DNA of 64,000 nucleotides from Chrysomallon squamiferum (lineage: Eukaryota; Animalia; Mollusca), in the NCBI GenBank assembly GCA_012295275.1, contig CM022665.1, positions 9,052,001 to 9,116,000 of the forward strand, written 5' to 3'. The notes below the pieces were generated by a model. That model made no database searches, was not told the DNA's origin, and saw only the letters and a list, made by a program, of their open reading frames with translations. This document shows, one piece after another, positions 38,268-52,872 of this stretch (the stretch's first letter is position 1; every line of letters starts with the position of its first letter). Position numbers and translations under genes: made by a program.

Positions 38268-41200
38268 GTATATCAGATAGTTAACTTGTGATATAATTAC
38301 GTATATTTCCTTAAGTCAAGGTATGCAAGATACATTTAGGGGTCCCATTAATAAACGACAAGTGCCAACAAGAGCCAACAATCCGTTCACAATTACCTAC
38401 AAATAATGTTTATTCTCATTTTGATTGTTGTTAAATAAAACAAATGAGTTTTATATCACATCTGTAAATTTCAGTGTCTCTGAAAGAGTGACAGATGACA
38501 TTTTTGAGTTTTTTGTTTTTTCTTCCCAAAAGATTTAAGTTTAGTGACTCCCTTGCCAGTTGAATTCAGCATACATTTTTCACATGCAGCAGCAGAAATG
38601 AAGGAGTTACTTTTACATAATACAGGCTTCCTAATGTATAAAGAAATGATGTACGACCATCTACCCACACACCTCATTTTGGCCCAAATCATTTTGACTT
38701 ATGAAAACCAATCTAAATGAATGCAGGAGATCATTGGTGCAGAGTACGAACCAACATTTAGTTAATCCTCAATGAGTCATGATACGCAGCTAAGTACTTG
38801 TACTTGGACATTACTCTGGTGTTGGCCAGTTATTTGAAAGCATGTTTAGAGGCAGTATAGATCAGGCCAATTCGTCTGCCTGGTCAGTAGCTGCAGCTGC
38901 TACCATTTTATACAGGGAAATATGATCTTTTTATCCCCCAGTTTATGACAGGGCAGTGGCAGTTCTGAATACAATATTCTACTCAAGACAGCCATTACAG
39001 ATGGAGTATATAAATGAGACAAGAATCAATGCATAAATTTCCAAAAGATGTCAAGTCCATACACTGCCATGATTACTAGAGGAAGCAGGCTCAAGATGAC
39101 TTCATTGACAAATCAGACATCCTGTTAGAAGAATGGCACAGTGCCAGCTTTCAGGATGATCACAGATGAAAAATTACCATCAGGATGTGAACATTCTGAT
39201 AAAGGTGTTAGGGAGCAAGATGATGCTAGGCATGAAAAAGATAAATGTGCAATTTTTGGATGTCTATGAACTTGCCAAAATGATAACAGCTTCAAACTAT
39301 GAAAATACACTTTTGGGACTTAAGGAGGACATCTTTTTCACTTTTGTAAACAAGAAGAACTTGAAGAGATGAAGTCGTGGCCAGGGGAACAATTGTGCCA
39401 GTGACAGCAGAACCTCCACTCATTTTTATTGAGAAGAAAAAAGGTATTTACATTATAAACAAAACTTTCTTTGTACCATGACCTGAAGAAAGCAACTGGA
39501 TACTGAAGACAAACACACAACAACACACACACATATATATGTATATGTGTATCATGGATGGACTTAGCTAGAGTATACTCAAGTGGAGAACTGCTCAGAT
39601 ATCGGCTGGTTCTCCACCTGAGATAGGTGTTTATTGGTGTTTTGGCTAATCTTTGCCAGCCATACAATTGGCAATGATTCTGTCTACTATTTTTTTACAT
39701 TCCTTTTCAAGTTTGCTGGTACCATAAAAAGTACCATGTAGTTGTACATACATACACTACAAGAGGAAATCTAAGACCCCTATCATAAAATCACTAACTT
39801 GTAAATTGTCAGACATATTTGAATCACCTTGAAGAATGATGTAACAGTTAGCTGATGAGCAAGTGACAGCTTTGTAATGTATCACACAACAGTTCTTAAA
39901 TAGACACAATTTGTTTTGTAGAATGGTCTTTCAAAATCACTAAAGAAGTAACTGAACAGTAGATATGTATATATTTATACATGTATGCATATGTGTGTGT
40001 GTAAAATAAGTCATTTATTGAAATAAATATAGCTCTGTTCCACTTTTTATACTGATTGCAGGATAAATGTATTTGTAAATATTTATATTCTGTGTATGTA
40101 TTATATTTCACCTCCATATAATGGGCACAGTTTAGCTGCCTGTGCTAATTCCTCAGAACACAGTGGTTGCTCGCCACGATTTCAGCACAAATGTTTTATA
40201 TTTATTTCTCCAGACTAGACAGGCATATGCAGATTGTTTGATCTAAGCAAAATTATTTTAAAAAACACACACACACACACACACAAATTTAGTAATAATG
40301 GAGGAAAAAGTGTTTTGAATCCTTTTATTGAGAATAAACAACAGATCACCACTTAAGCTAATTTCTTCCATGAGGTTTAGACATTGAAATTAAACTGTTA
40401 AAAACACCATTAATAATCTGTATATATGCCTGTATTTATATATACTGTAATTAACAAATAACCATCCTTCCTACAATTGTTTAAACCAGAGGCTACAAAT
40501 ATCAAATGTGTAATACACAAGATTACCACAGCTAGACTGGCTGATGCTAAAGTTGAAACCAGTGCATATTTGTATACAAGCAACATTTTCTTTGAAGTTT
40601 TAACATGATTGATATCTTTGGAGATACTATAACCATGTCAAAAATTGTATTGATCCACTGTTTAATTTTGGATGAATTCCAGAGCATTGCAGTCACCACC
40701 TCCCCTCCAAAGCATTTTGGCAACATACAGTCTATTAATTTTTGATACTCTGACAGATTGCTGTGTTCTAACTCCCATACTATATATTGAGACAATCCCT
40801 TGTGCTGCAAAGCTGTCACGTCCTCATCAGCTGACCATTACATCACTATTCAGGTCAATTCAAATAGGTCTGAATATTTCTGAGTCTGTAATTTTCTTGA
40901 TAGGGGTTTTGTTTCCAGGCCTTAGAAGGAGAAATAATAATTATGAATCTATGAACAGCATATTGAAGGTAATGTGGTTTAGTGACCTTGTAGACTTGAA
41001 GGGATAGTGCAACAACTCCAGGACGTGATATATGCTATATGGGGAAGGGACCTGGACTGTATCATGTACTGTTATTGGATGATGCACATGACTTGGAATT
41101 CAAAGACCAACAATGAAAAGGACCAGCTGTTCATGAAATCTTTGATGTGCAGGTTCAAGGAATCAACAGCCAAACTTGTTTCATCAACTGACAGATGACT

Positions 41201-42376
41201 GCCTTAATAAGAAAACCTGGACAGAAAATGCACCCAAGAGACATGATGTCAAGAATATAGCCAAAAACATGTAGTCAAGGTATAATAGAATGAAAAACAA
41301 GCATCAGGGAAAATAAAAAAAAATTGTGAAAAGCACAACCTTAGTTTGGAAGGAGGAAAAGGAAATAAATACCACATAAAGATGTTTATTTGAAAAGTTT
41401 GCAGGGAATGAATAGCAAAGAAAAGTACAGAAGAAATATATCATTGGTGTCCTTTTTGAATGAAATATTGATAACACTATTATACTTCATAATTATAATT
41501 CCTGCCAACAATCGTATGAGCCAGAAAAAGAATTGAAAGATGCTTAATATATAATAACAATAAGTCACCTATCAACAGAAGTTAATGCCAGTGTGTGTAA
41601 TAATTTAAAATGTCAGGGCTGTATTTTTATTTAATAAAGTAAATTACATATTTAAAAGATACAAGCAAAAAAAAATCATAAATAATAATAACAATTGTAA
41701 CTAATAAAAAAAAAAAAAAAAAGTATATTTTAAATGTGAAAACATTTAATCTTTAAAGTATTTTTTAGGCTAGATAAAATAAAAAAAATTGTTGAGCATA
41801 TCCCACCCTGCTGGACCAGCCCTCAAACAAAGTCTCAAAACTCTCAAAATTGCATTTTCCTGCCTGATATTGTGATTACACAATCATGATACACTTTATC
41901 TTAATGACAGAACCTTTGTCAGTCAAAAGATTTACCACTTGCATATCATTCAGCTTTCATTTGAATAACTTTTTTTATAAAAATAGCAATTTTAATGTCT
42001 TCTTGTGCAGTTTGTAACTAGAGTGTTTATGGTCTTCTGTATCTTTCTGTTGCCTGTTTTGACCACAAATACTGTGGTTAGTTTTCTTATTCCTGCACAC
42101 CACCATTCTATACAAAAATAAAACCTTCCTTCCTACCTGAAAAAATTGAAATGTATAGATGCTAAGTAATTTTTTTAAGTGGCTTTAAAAGTTTAATTTG
42201 GTTTATATGAAAAATAATAATATTAATAGTTTCATAAATTACTTAATGCAAAATCTTACAGCACAGAATTCTTAATAAATTTTTTTACCATATTGATTTA
42301 ATAATGTATAATATGTATCTTTTTTTATTCAGTGATGACCTTTTAATTTTCATAAACATTTGTTTTTGGTTACCAG

Positions 42377-42539
42377 GCATGTCGCCACTTGAAGGATCAA
42401 TAAATCCTGGAATATCACAAAGCAGCTCTGACTTTGGAATTAAAAATCGAGGAACTGCATCAAAATATTTAGAAAACAAAGGATTTGGTTGGCTCCTTGA
42501 AGAGGAAGATATTGATGAAGAAGATCAGTTACCCTTGCT
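42377..42539 (+). CDS. YIPF4: YIPF4 exon 2
   Basis: Acceptor ccag, donor gtaagt. Encodes ...TASKYLENKGFGWLLEEEDIDEEDQLPLL (human [26 protein letters not shown]). Confidence 0.93.
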
Positions 42540-42778
42540 GTAAGTGAGATTAATCAGAGTATTTCAGTATTTTATATATTCCTGATCTTTATTTTTGTAT
42601 TTGTTTTTCCTTTGCTCATTTTTTAGTATATGTAATATTAATCAGTATGAATAGACCAGCAGGTTCCTCATCTCATCACATCATTAATTGTGCTAAAACT
42701 ATTTATTATTTTTTAAATTTTTATAAAATAAAGATATATTATAATGTGTTCAGGTGTTTCTATACATGTATTTATTAA

Positions 42779-42976
<198 letters not shown>

Positions 42977-43856
42977 TAGTACTAATGCTATGAGAAATTT
43001 ATATGGTATTACTTTTATAACAGTATTCATTTTATAATGATGATGTGTATATATATATTTCCAGTTGAAATCTGCCTTAATAATATTAATCATTAGTTCC
43101 TTAAACAATTTAAAATAAAATCTTTTCTCTTAATTCTTGACAAGTCATCTCACACAAAATGCTTTAAATGAACTTACCATTTGCTCCAAGAACCATAACT
43201 CAGATAAACAGTAATGTTAAAGTGGGAACCCTAAGTCAAGCATAATCTGTTTATTCAAATCATTAAAATACATGAAAATAGAAATAATTTGTATCAAATT
43301 CCATTTAAAAGTATTAAATAAATTAAAATGCAAATACTGTACATATATATATATAAATAAGTAAATAAAGAAATTCCTTGTTATATTTCAAAAGGATTTC
43401 GATTTTAATTTTGAAATAATTGACTTTCTAGTGCACTTTTGTTGATCCTTGGTTTTATGATTTCTGTAAAAAAATACTAAAATATTTATGTAAAATATTA
43501 TTAATTTAAATATAAAACAACAAAGTGCACAATAAACTCACAATTTCCAGCACAAAATATGGTTCATGTACAATGTGAAGACTTGGACATGTTGGGGATG
43601 CTCCTAGCCACTGCACATGCACAGGAAGAAACAAAAGAATCAATTTTTGTTCAATTAATGCACTTTTGTAAAAAGAAGACTCAATTTCAAGGTCCCTGAA
43701 CACAACATGCTGGAAATGAAATATTATTTATCAATTATCAGCAGTAAAGAGCAGTATATGTAAGCTAAAGTTAATAAAAACATTCTGTGTCACTATTTTA
43801 AACAGGTGTGAAATCTTTGGTTTTAAAATAATATTTTTGTGATCCATTATTTTATA

Positions 43857-43860
<4 letters not shown>

Positions 43861-43894
<34 letters not shown>
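43861..43894. repeat. (CA)n microsatellite
   Basis: Read directly. Confidence 0.9.
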
Positions 43895-43899
<5 letters not shown>

Positions 43900-43945
43900 T
43901 TAAATTAGTTAAAATATCTTATTTTGGAGAGAATTAGCCTTTTAA

Positions 43946-44098
<153 letters not shown>

Positions 44099-44409
44099 TA
44101 AAAAATTTCTTTTAATTTGAATAATAGTTTGATTACATATGATTTGTTATTGTTAAATAGACTGTTGTATTCGGTATTACAGTATTTGTAAAAATAGGGG
44201 TTTTGGGGGGGGATGGGTTGTTGTTGGGTTTTTGGGGTGTTTTTTTTTATTAAAACTTATTTAAAAACCTATACCTGTATTATTTTATTGTAACCTCAAA
44301 AGTTTTATTCAACAGAAAAAAATTTAATTCTCTCATCCTGTTAATTATAAATTTAAATATTTAAAGATGTTTTAATACATAATAAAAGAGACTCTAATTT
44401 TAATTTCAG

Positions 44410-44523
44410 GTCAGTTACTCACAGTGCCTGGGTGTGATCGGATATTCAATATTACCATTGTTGGTCATTGCCTCTGTCCTTCCAGTGTTTCGATCATTTT
44501 ACTACATCAGCATGCTTTTAAAG
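44410..44523 (+). CDS. YIPF4: YIPF4 exon 5
   Basis: VSYSQCLGVIGYSILPLLVIASVLPVFRSFYYISMLLK; tttcag acceptor and gtaaat donor. Confidence 0.95.
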
Positions 44524-45784
44524 GTAAATACAGAGCTTTGTCTTTGTTTTTTATACATCAAGAATAAGTAAAACAAATGTATCTTGCTTCTAATATCAAT
44601 TTCTGAGACAGTAGACATATCCCCCTGAAATATATTTATGCCACAGACACACGGTTTTATTTTTAATTGTATAGATCTGTAAAAAGAGTATAAAATTACC
44701 AAGTAATCTTTGTTGATGTGATGAACAAATCAGGAAATTGTGAAAGTAGTTAGCTGTTATTATGCATATTTACTGGGCCATGGTGACAGAGATATATTAG
44801 TTCACCCATGCTGACAATGATATATTACTTCACTTTGACGTTTCAGAAAATTCTAAATTTACAATTAATTTTTTTTAATATCAGTTTTATACATAGTGGT
44901 ACCTGTCTTTAATGGTGCCTGAAATGAGTGGTCACTATGATATATGGACACTTTTCTGAGTCCTGATTTTTTTTCATTGGACATGTCCCTTAGATCAGCA
45001 GACACCTATTGAATGCAGACAGGAAAGCATTTTTAAAATTATTATTCCACTGCCAAAATGGACAGTCATATTGATTTGGATTCGTTTTCTCTCATGTAAA
45101 TAATTGTATTGTTGTATGACAACTTAATATGATATTTTTAAAGATGGCATCACCTATTTCCTGCACTGCACAGTGCATGCAGGGAAGGGCTGTTTTTGTC
45201 AAATTACATGAGGCTTTGAACTGCAGTTGACAAATACTTGTCTGCCAAACTGTGCAGATTCAACCCATTTGAACAGTTTTGATAATTCAGACATTGAACA
45301 TCATTCCATGCATATTTATATGTTTACAAACACTATGTGTTAAAGGACTTTTGAGGTTGAAAAGATGGTGTGGCTTGTACAAATCAGAGCTATATATGGA
45401 CTTCAAATGCAGTATTTTGCAAAACATAAATAAGCCTTGTTATGAATTTTATGATGTGCAGAATGTTTTATTTACATCCATCAATGAATTTGATGTGTTT
45501 GCAAATATATTTTAGGAGAAAGCCATGATGCTTGCTATGGCATTGCCACCCAGAATCATTTGTTTGTTGTAGGTACTGGTGTGGTGCATATGAATAAAGA
45601 TTGTGCACAACTTTTGTCCCTCTAAGGGGACAGTTGTTTGGCTTTTGAATTGTTAACTTATTTGTAAATAAAGTTTTTTACAGTTTCTCAGTCAGTTAAT
45701 TGTTTATTTACTTTGAGGAAAAATTTGATTATGAAGAATAAACATTAATGTTTTATATTTCAACATGTAGTTTTATGTTGTTAA

Positions 45785-45934
<150 letters not shown>

Positions 45935-48900
45935 CACAAAAACAGTTCTGTGTACATATGTGTATTTGTGGGAACAAAGGTACATTTTCATTCACATGAT
46001 TATATTCTAAATCATGAAGTTATTTTACACTGCATTTGACTGAAATTGGTCTTTGTTAATTTGTTTTGTTTTTCTGTAAATAAATTGGGGAGAAAACTTG
46101 TTATTCGACTTTTTTATTCTTGTTTAAATCAGTATATTATGAAATAATTATCAAGATGTTTTTCAGATGCCAGGATTCATGAAGTCAAAATAATTGCCCC
46201 TTTTGTATCAAACTTTGCCTTTTAATCCATGTCAGAGTTCTAAGTTGTGTTTTAAAAAAAAAAAAAAAAAAAAAAATGGGAAGTATCAATGGTTTGTCCA
46301 ATGACCTTATGATCATATTTTGCCAATCATATTTTGCCAGACCAGCAGACTTCAATTATTTTTGTCAAATTATATTTATTAATCAATCATTGGATAAAAA
46401 CTAAATATTTTATTATTATTGAACATCTGTTAAATATAGTTTTATAAAAAGCAAACGACTAAATATATAAATCACAAACAACATTACATTAAAAATAACA
46501 CTTCACTTGTCCAGCTTCATCAGTTTCAACCAGAAAGAACCCAGTGTAAAGATCATTCATTGTTTCTCTGCAAGTCTAATGACAAACATAAATCTCATTT
46601 TGCCATTCAGTTAATATAGCCATTCTATCTATCAATGGTCATGTGGAAGATAGTGTACCCAACTGCATAAACAGATGCAAAAATGCATTGTTTTACTGTT
46701 GCAATTAGAGACTGATGATACAGTTCTTGTAAACTTTGAACACAAATTTTGAGACATGATAAATGACTGCAAAATTACATGTAGGGGATGCAGTAAAGAT
46801 AAAATTTACAAACTTACCCAAATAGGGACCTGAAATTAGGAATCAGGCTTCAAATAATCATAAACAAGCATAGGAACAAAAAATGTCAAATAATTTTATC
46901 ACTTATAAAATAAAGTATTTTGTAAAGGATGCGGTTTTATTAAAATATTGATACATATATGTAGATTTTATGTTCATGTCACAACAACTTGGAAATATTT
47001 TATTGTTCCTTTTTGCCTTTATAAAACTTCTAATGTGTCTAGAAGAAATCACTTCTCCCTATTTTTCTAACCCTTCTTGAACCCTGATTGATGCATACTC
47101 AAAATGCTATAAAAGTTATATTTTCGCACAAAGAATCAGTACATTAGACACCTATACATGTAAACAAGACAACAAAATAAGTTTTGGTCAGGTTTTTATT
47201 CTACTAACATAACAAAATAAAACACAAAAGAAGTACATTTATCCCACTACGTGGTTAACAATTCAAATGAGTATCATAATTCATTATCACATAAGAATAT
47301 TAAAATGCTGAATATGACAAGACAAGAACAACAAAATATTAATTTATAACAGCTGCACTGAACAGAAAATATTCTACTCTTGCTACGATATATTTACAGT
47401 GTTTTTTATAACCCCTACCCAACATATACACAAACCCATAAATCTGTTAGGGAATTTTCTGAAAGCACATTTAAAAAACAAATGTAAACAAAAAATAGAA
47501 TAACATTTATTTTGTGGGGGTGGGGGGTTTATGTTGGTAACTTAGAACAGTACCTCTTACATAATTTCTGTGTCACTCATCCTCAATTTTTCATCATAAA
47601 GTTTCAATCACAAAAAAAATGTCTTACATTTTTTTGTAATGTTTATATAATGGTTCCCTGGTATAATTTTATATATAATTTATTTTGGCAATCAGCAAAG
47701 AAAAATAAATCATAAGTCTTTTATTTATTTATTTAGTTAGTTATTTTCTTTATTGTTGTTCTTTACAGATTAGCATCCAAATAACAGTATTCAGTTTTTA
47801 TATGTATACAAAACCTCTTGATTTTAATATGTAGTAATGAATGACAATAATGAACACAAAATAAGAAGCTGGAATGAATGACTGAACTTAAAAGAAAACT
47901 GGTCTTCAATTCAATTTGGATAATTTAATGTTTCATTGTGCCATTGTCATAATTTGATTAGTCTTTGAACTGTTTGTAACACATATTCTGAAAAACAGAA
48001 CAAAATACCAGCAAATTTAAAATATTGCATTTGATGCTAAGACCAGAAATAACAAAATGTTTCAAAAAAGGAATGTTGATTTGATCAAAGATGATCTTTT
48101 ATTCAAGAATAAATAATGGATTGTCTTATCTGAAATCTAGTTTTGAACTGATTTTGTAGATGTTTTCTTTTTATGACTGGTTACATCTTACATCTGATGC
48201 TATCTTTGTCATTAAAACATATAACAATAAGAATTAAAGCTTAATTTATAAATCTTTAAATGTCATTTAATCATAAATGACAAATGCTACAGAATGAAGA
48301 AACTCGACACTTCTAATAAGCTACCTTAACACGTCAGTTTAAGGAAAGCAAGAAAGTTTTGGTATGTGCAACATTTATTTTACAATGATATTGTGACTTA
48401 TTATTCACAATGTTCTTATGTTAATGGTTAATATATACATCATAATAGCAATGTAACTTATTCTTTGAAAAATTACCCTTCTATGTATCTACTGTTGCCA
48501 CACTTGCTAAATATAAAATATAATAAATGTCATTTGTTTGAGAAAATCACAACAAATTATTCATGTTTTCATTAAATATATTATAAAATTTATATAAATT
48601 TGTTCCAAATCCTGACAAACTGAAGTATGAAAATTTGCATTTCATTTAAAAATAAAATAAAAACACATTTCTCCGAGACACAAGTTACATATTGGGGAGT
48701 TATGGTTTGGCTGCCCCTGTGTTGTATATTGATGCAATAAATTGTTTATTTTTTAAATTTTATACCAGTATGCTGAAAAGTAAATAAAATGGAATTTAAA
48801 GTATTAAATTTAAGTTAATACTAACTGCAGTCATAACCTACGGTAAATTGTCCAGTAATTAATTATAAAATAAATGAAACAGCAATTTCACTTTTTTAAT

Positions 48901-49669
48901 TTATTTATTAAATAACTTCTTTATAAATATTTAACTATCGGTGCATGTTAGACAGTGAATGCTCAATTTCAATTTTAAACAAAAAAATCTTTGTAATATT
49001 AATAATTTAAATATTTACTTTGAAAATTTGTTAGAATATTTCTGCATTAATTACTCAATGTTACATAAATTTACCATTTAGAATATTATATTAAAAAGAA
49101 AATGTAACTGTAAACTTAGACTGATTTCTAAAATGCAAGTGCACCAAAACTGAACAGTTCACTTATTTTTTATATCACAATAATTCTGTCACAATATTAA
49201 AATGAAATTTAAAAAATATATATATATATTCAGTTCTGGAAATAAGTTGGAACTGAAATGTTAATTAAATAGAAGAAAATTGATTTGTCCTTTATGTTTT
49301 ATGAGTACTAAAAGCTTTGGTGATACCTTTGAACTTACATCAAAATAAATCTATTTTTTTTGTTTTTTAATTACCTGCCTCTAAAATTTGAAAAACAGAA
49401 TCTGCAGTCATCATTTTCCTTCACATTACTCTTTTCCAAACAATAAAGCTATAAATAAAAGATGATTTTTTGAAACTCTTACATATTTACTTCATTACTA
49501 CATTCCATTACAAGTTGCACATGTTTACATATTGCATTGATTATATAATTATTGCAACTGTGCTGTCACCACTATTTCATGTTGTGATAAGTTAACATTT
49601 GTGACCATGATGTTAATATCTTCTATTAAGTAGCTGGAAAAGGATGAAGGATTGGTTAAATTAAAATAC

Positions 49670-51529
49670 TTATGTATCTACTTCGGGCCGAAAGACTTGA
49701 GAGAGTTTCCTTGTGTGGAGTTTGGCTGCAACACTTGCGTAACTTCGAATGTCACAGAGATCTGACTCAATAGTTTCCCATTCATTTTTCCATGGATCAA
49801 GTTTACATACCACATTGTAACGATATATCCGAAATGGAGTTCTCTGATATTCTGTGGTGCCACATGCATAAAGGACACCATTAATTACCATCAGACCAAC
49901 ATTGTACATTTCTTCTGGAAGCTCTGGGCCCTGCCGCCACTGATTTTCTTGTATACTGTATATCTCCACTGATTTCAATGCTTCTCTGTTGATTGTATGA
50001 GTAAGATGAGAGTAAATCTGCCCACCAGCAACATAAATATCATCTTCAATAACCTGTGCACCAAAGTTAAACCTTGGTGTTGGCATTCCTGCAAGTGATG
50101 TCCATTCAGATTTGCGAGGATCAAATTTCATGACAACATTGTGAGCACCAACACCAGTCCTGCCACCTAGTAAATACACATCTGATCTGTAAGTTAATGT
50201 ACAAAGGTCAACCAAAGTACATGGCATCATCCCAACATAGTTCCACCGGTTTGTAGCAATGTCGTAGCATTCTACAATTTCTGTTGGATGCTGGTTAATG
50301 GTCAATCCTCCAAAGCTGAATATTTTTTCATCCAGGTAAACAAGTGTAAAGTTAGACTTTGGAAAGAGCATTGGAGCTTTGCTGATCCACTTGTTGTGGT
50401 CATTGTCATACAGGTAAAAATCCTTCCTTACAGATTCTTCATCATCAAAATCATCAAATGAATCATCAGATGGTGTGTCTCCATAATTTCCATGAAATAT
50501 GTAGTTTCCTCCACCAACAAATATACTATTGTCTTCAGTGACAACCACAGCAGGATCTTCTACACAGTAGTATCCTGATCTTTCATCAAGCTGTGGGAAT
50601 GTTTCCATCAGGAATGTTTCCCGTGTCAGAGGATTGTAGCAGTTTATGGATGGTTTACTCTGGACTAGGCCACCTATGAAGAGCACACACGTTTCTGGCT
50701 GTATCATTCCCGATCTTAAGGATAAAGTAAAACTGTTTTCTCCATTGTATGACTCTGGACAGTATTCAAATTCACGCATGTTTTCTAACAACATTAAGCA
50801 TTTTTTACAGTTCTTAACAACTGAATTCTGAGCAATGTGATCCTCAATATATTTCACAGGAATGAGTCCAAGACGTACATGAGGAAGTAAACTGCCCATA
50901 AATTGCTTTCTGTTTTCCAAATCAAAATAAATCCAAAGAATTAATGCTTCAAAAACTGTTTCTTCTTTTTCCACATTGAGTTCATCTGAAGAAAGAAACT
51001 CTGCAACACGTTCACATGGCAGATTGAGAAATTCTTCCACTTTAAATACCTCAGTGAAATTTTTTTCTATGAATTCCCTGGCCTTGACTTTTAAGTCTTC
51101 GCAGTTGTGTATACTGGCAAAATCATGTATCCCAACACAATTATTCACATCTAACTGCAACTCCATGAATTTTGCACAGGCCTTTTGAACAGGCAGAATC
51201 TGAAATAAGGTTGAAGCAGCCAGGAGATTCTGAGCATTACCTCGAGTAATTTGTAAGTTGCCTGTGTATGCATAATTTATAATCTGTGACACAGACTTGG
51301 GGTCCACTTCATATAATTTTATTTGTCGCTGTTTACTTTCATTCAAGTTAGTAGTAAACATTGCTTTAAAGTATGGGCTTGTTGCAGCCAGGACTGTTCT
51401 GTGACATGGAAAACGTGAATCTTGGACACAAATGACGATGTCAACCAGCTGCATTTCATCAAACATGGCTTTCATTTCTTCCAGAACAGTTCCATTGTGG
51501 TCACCATTTTCAAAACACATTGACTCCAT
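49670..51529 (-). CDS. BTB-BACK-Kelch protein (KLHL/KBTBD family, probable Cullin-3 substrate adaptor; resembles the KBTBD2/KBTBD8 group), single coding exon
   Basis: 619-aa ORF. BTB (VDIVICVQDSRFPCHRTVLAATSPYFKAMFT), BACK (NCVGIHDFA...FLSSDELNVEKEETVFEALILWI) and kelch repeats with GG...Y.....W signatures. Acceptor ttacag ends at 51565, 35 nt upstream of the ATG. Exact orthology not determined. Confidence 0.95.
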   Translation of the reverse strand: MESMCFENGDHNGTVLEEMKAMFDEMQLVDIVICVQDSRFPCHRTVLAATSPYFKAMFTTNLNESKQRQIKLYEVDPKSVSQIINYAYTGNLQITRGNAQNLLAASTLFQILPVQKACAKFMELQLDVNNCVGIHDFASIHNCEDLKVKAREFIEKNFTEVFKVEEFLNLPCERVAEFLSSDELNVEKEETVFEALILWIYFDLENRKQFMGSLLPHVRLGLIPVKYIEDHIAQNSVVKNCKKCLMLLENMREFEYCPESYNGENSFTLSLRSGMIQPETCVLFIGGLVQSKPSINCYNPLTRETFLMETFPQLDERSGYYCVEDPAVVVTEDNSIFVGGGNYIFHGNYGDTPSDDSFDDFDDEESVRKDFYLYDNDHNKWISKAPMLFPKSNFTLVYLDEKIFSFGGLTINQHPTEIVECYDIATNRWNYVGMMPCTLVDLCTLTYRSDVYLLGGRTGVGAHNVVMKFDPRKSEWTSLAGMPTPRFNFGAQVIEDDIYVAGGQIYSHLTHTINREALKSVEIYSIQENQWRQGPELPEEMYNVGLMVINGVLYACGTTEYQRTPFRIYRYNVVCKLDPWKNEWETIESDLCDIRSYASVAAKLHTRKLSQVFRPEVDT

Positions 51530-52806
51530 ATTGTTTGACTGACGTGATGTTATTTTATCATATTCTGTAATATATTATTGAAAAAAAAAATAAGTAAATA
51601 AAATTTTAAAAGTTTTTGGTCTCTATTTTAATCAAAGAAAAAAAAAATGAAAGCAGAAACAATTAACACCGATATTATTTATTTGATGATTCTGGATTTA
51701 TATTTCATCAGATGGTAACGGTAATAATTACAATGACATGATCTTGATGATGAACTGATCGTCTGAGTTACTAAGACAGCAGACTAAATTAAAATTATTT
51801 AGTAAATGGCTTTTATGTGCTGAAACTGTTTAATGGGGAAATAAATAAAACGTATAAATGAATGTTAACAAAAATAAATATAATTTTAGATTTGTTTGCT
51901 ATTTAGATGCAACCTTAATGTTGACAACTGTCGACGATTTTCTAGAAAGCTCCTGACTGCGATTTAAAATGCCATAAGCAATAAAAATAAACAAATAGCA
52001 TATGTGGCATTATATTATCACAGTTTTGTTACATGTACCTTAAAAGTAGTTGAGATCAGACATGTTTATTTGCTACAAATTACTAATTACCTCACCAATG
52101 TATTATTTATGCTAGTGAAAATTAATGAAGACTGTCAAGACTCCGTTGAGTCACTGGTTAATCAGCGACATCTATAAATTGTAAACAAGGGGAACCAACT
52201 CTACATTCTTAATTACTTCTAATGACATGATACAGTAGAGAGCCAAACATATTCTATTCTTTAAAACCAAAATAGATTATTGTGCCAGTAGTTTGGTTTC
52301 CTTTAAAACTTCTTTCTGAAATAAAATAATATCAGTATTATTTTCTTATTACCTTTTTTTAAATATCACACATTTCCAGAAATGTATATTTTAAAAAAAT
52401 CTATTCATACCCATTATAACTCTCACAATTGTTGAATTGATTTAAATAATTATTGCAACCACACTAGCTTAAAATCCTTCTTTGACGGTACTTACGAATA
52501 GTCTAAATAGCCAAGTTCCAGAAAAAAAAAAAAAAAAAAAAAAAAACCCCTTCTTTGGTGGTCTAAGACCACCCCAACTCTGCATCACAATAGTTAAATA
52601 TATCTGTTAAACGTTTCTGCACAATTACTCCATTAAACTGCCGATATAACATATGTTGAATACAAAAATTTATAACACAGATCCAAGAAACTTGGAGAAA
52701 ATACTTTAATGCCACAGCTAATAATAAACGAAAATGCGGTTGCAGTGAGGGGGAGTAAATATATTCTTTTGCAGTTTTTATTTCATGATGCTGATGCTGA
52801 TGCTGA

Positions 52807-52812
52807 TTATTA

Positions 52813-52872
<60 letters not shown>

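Noticed and set aside
44892-45030. Possible left end of another Tc1/pogo-type MITE in YIPF4 intron 5
   Set aside because: No matching right TIR or target duplication could be found, so it was not called.
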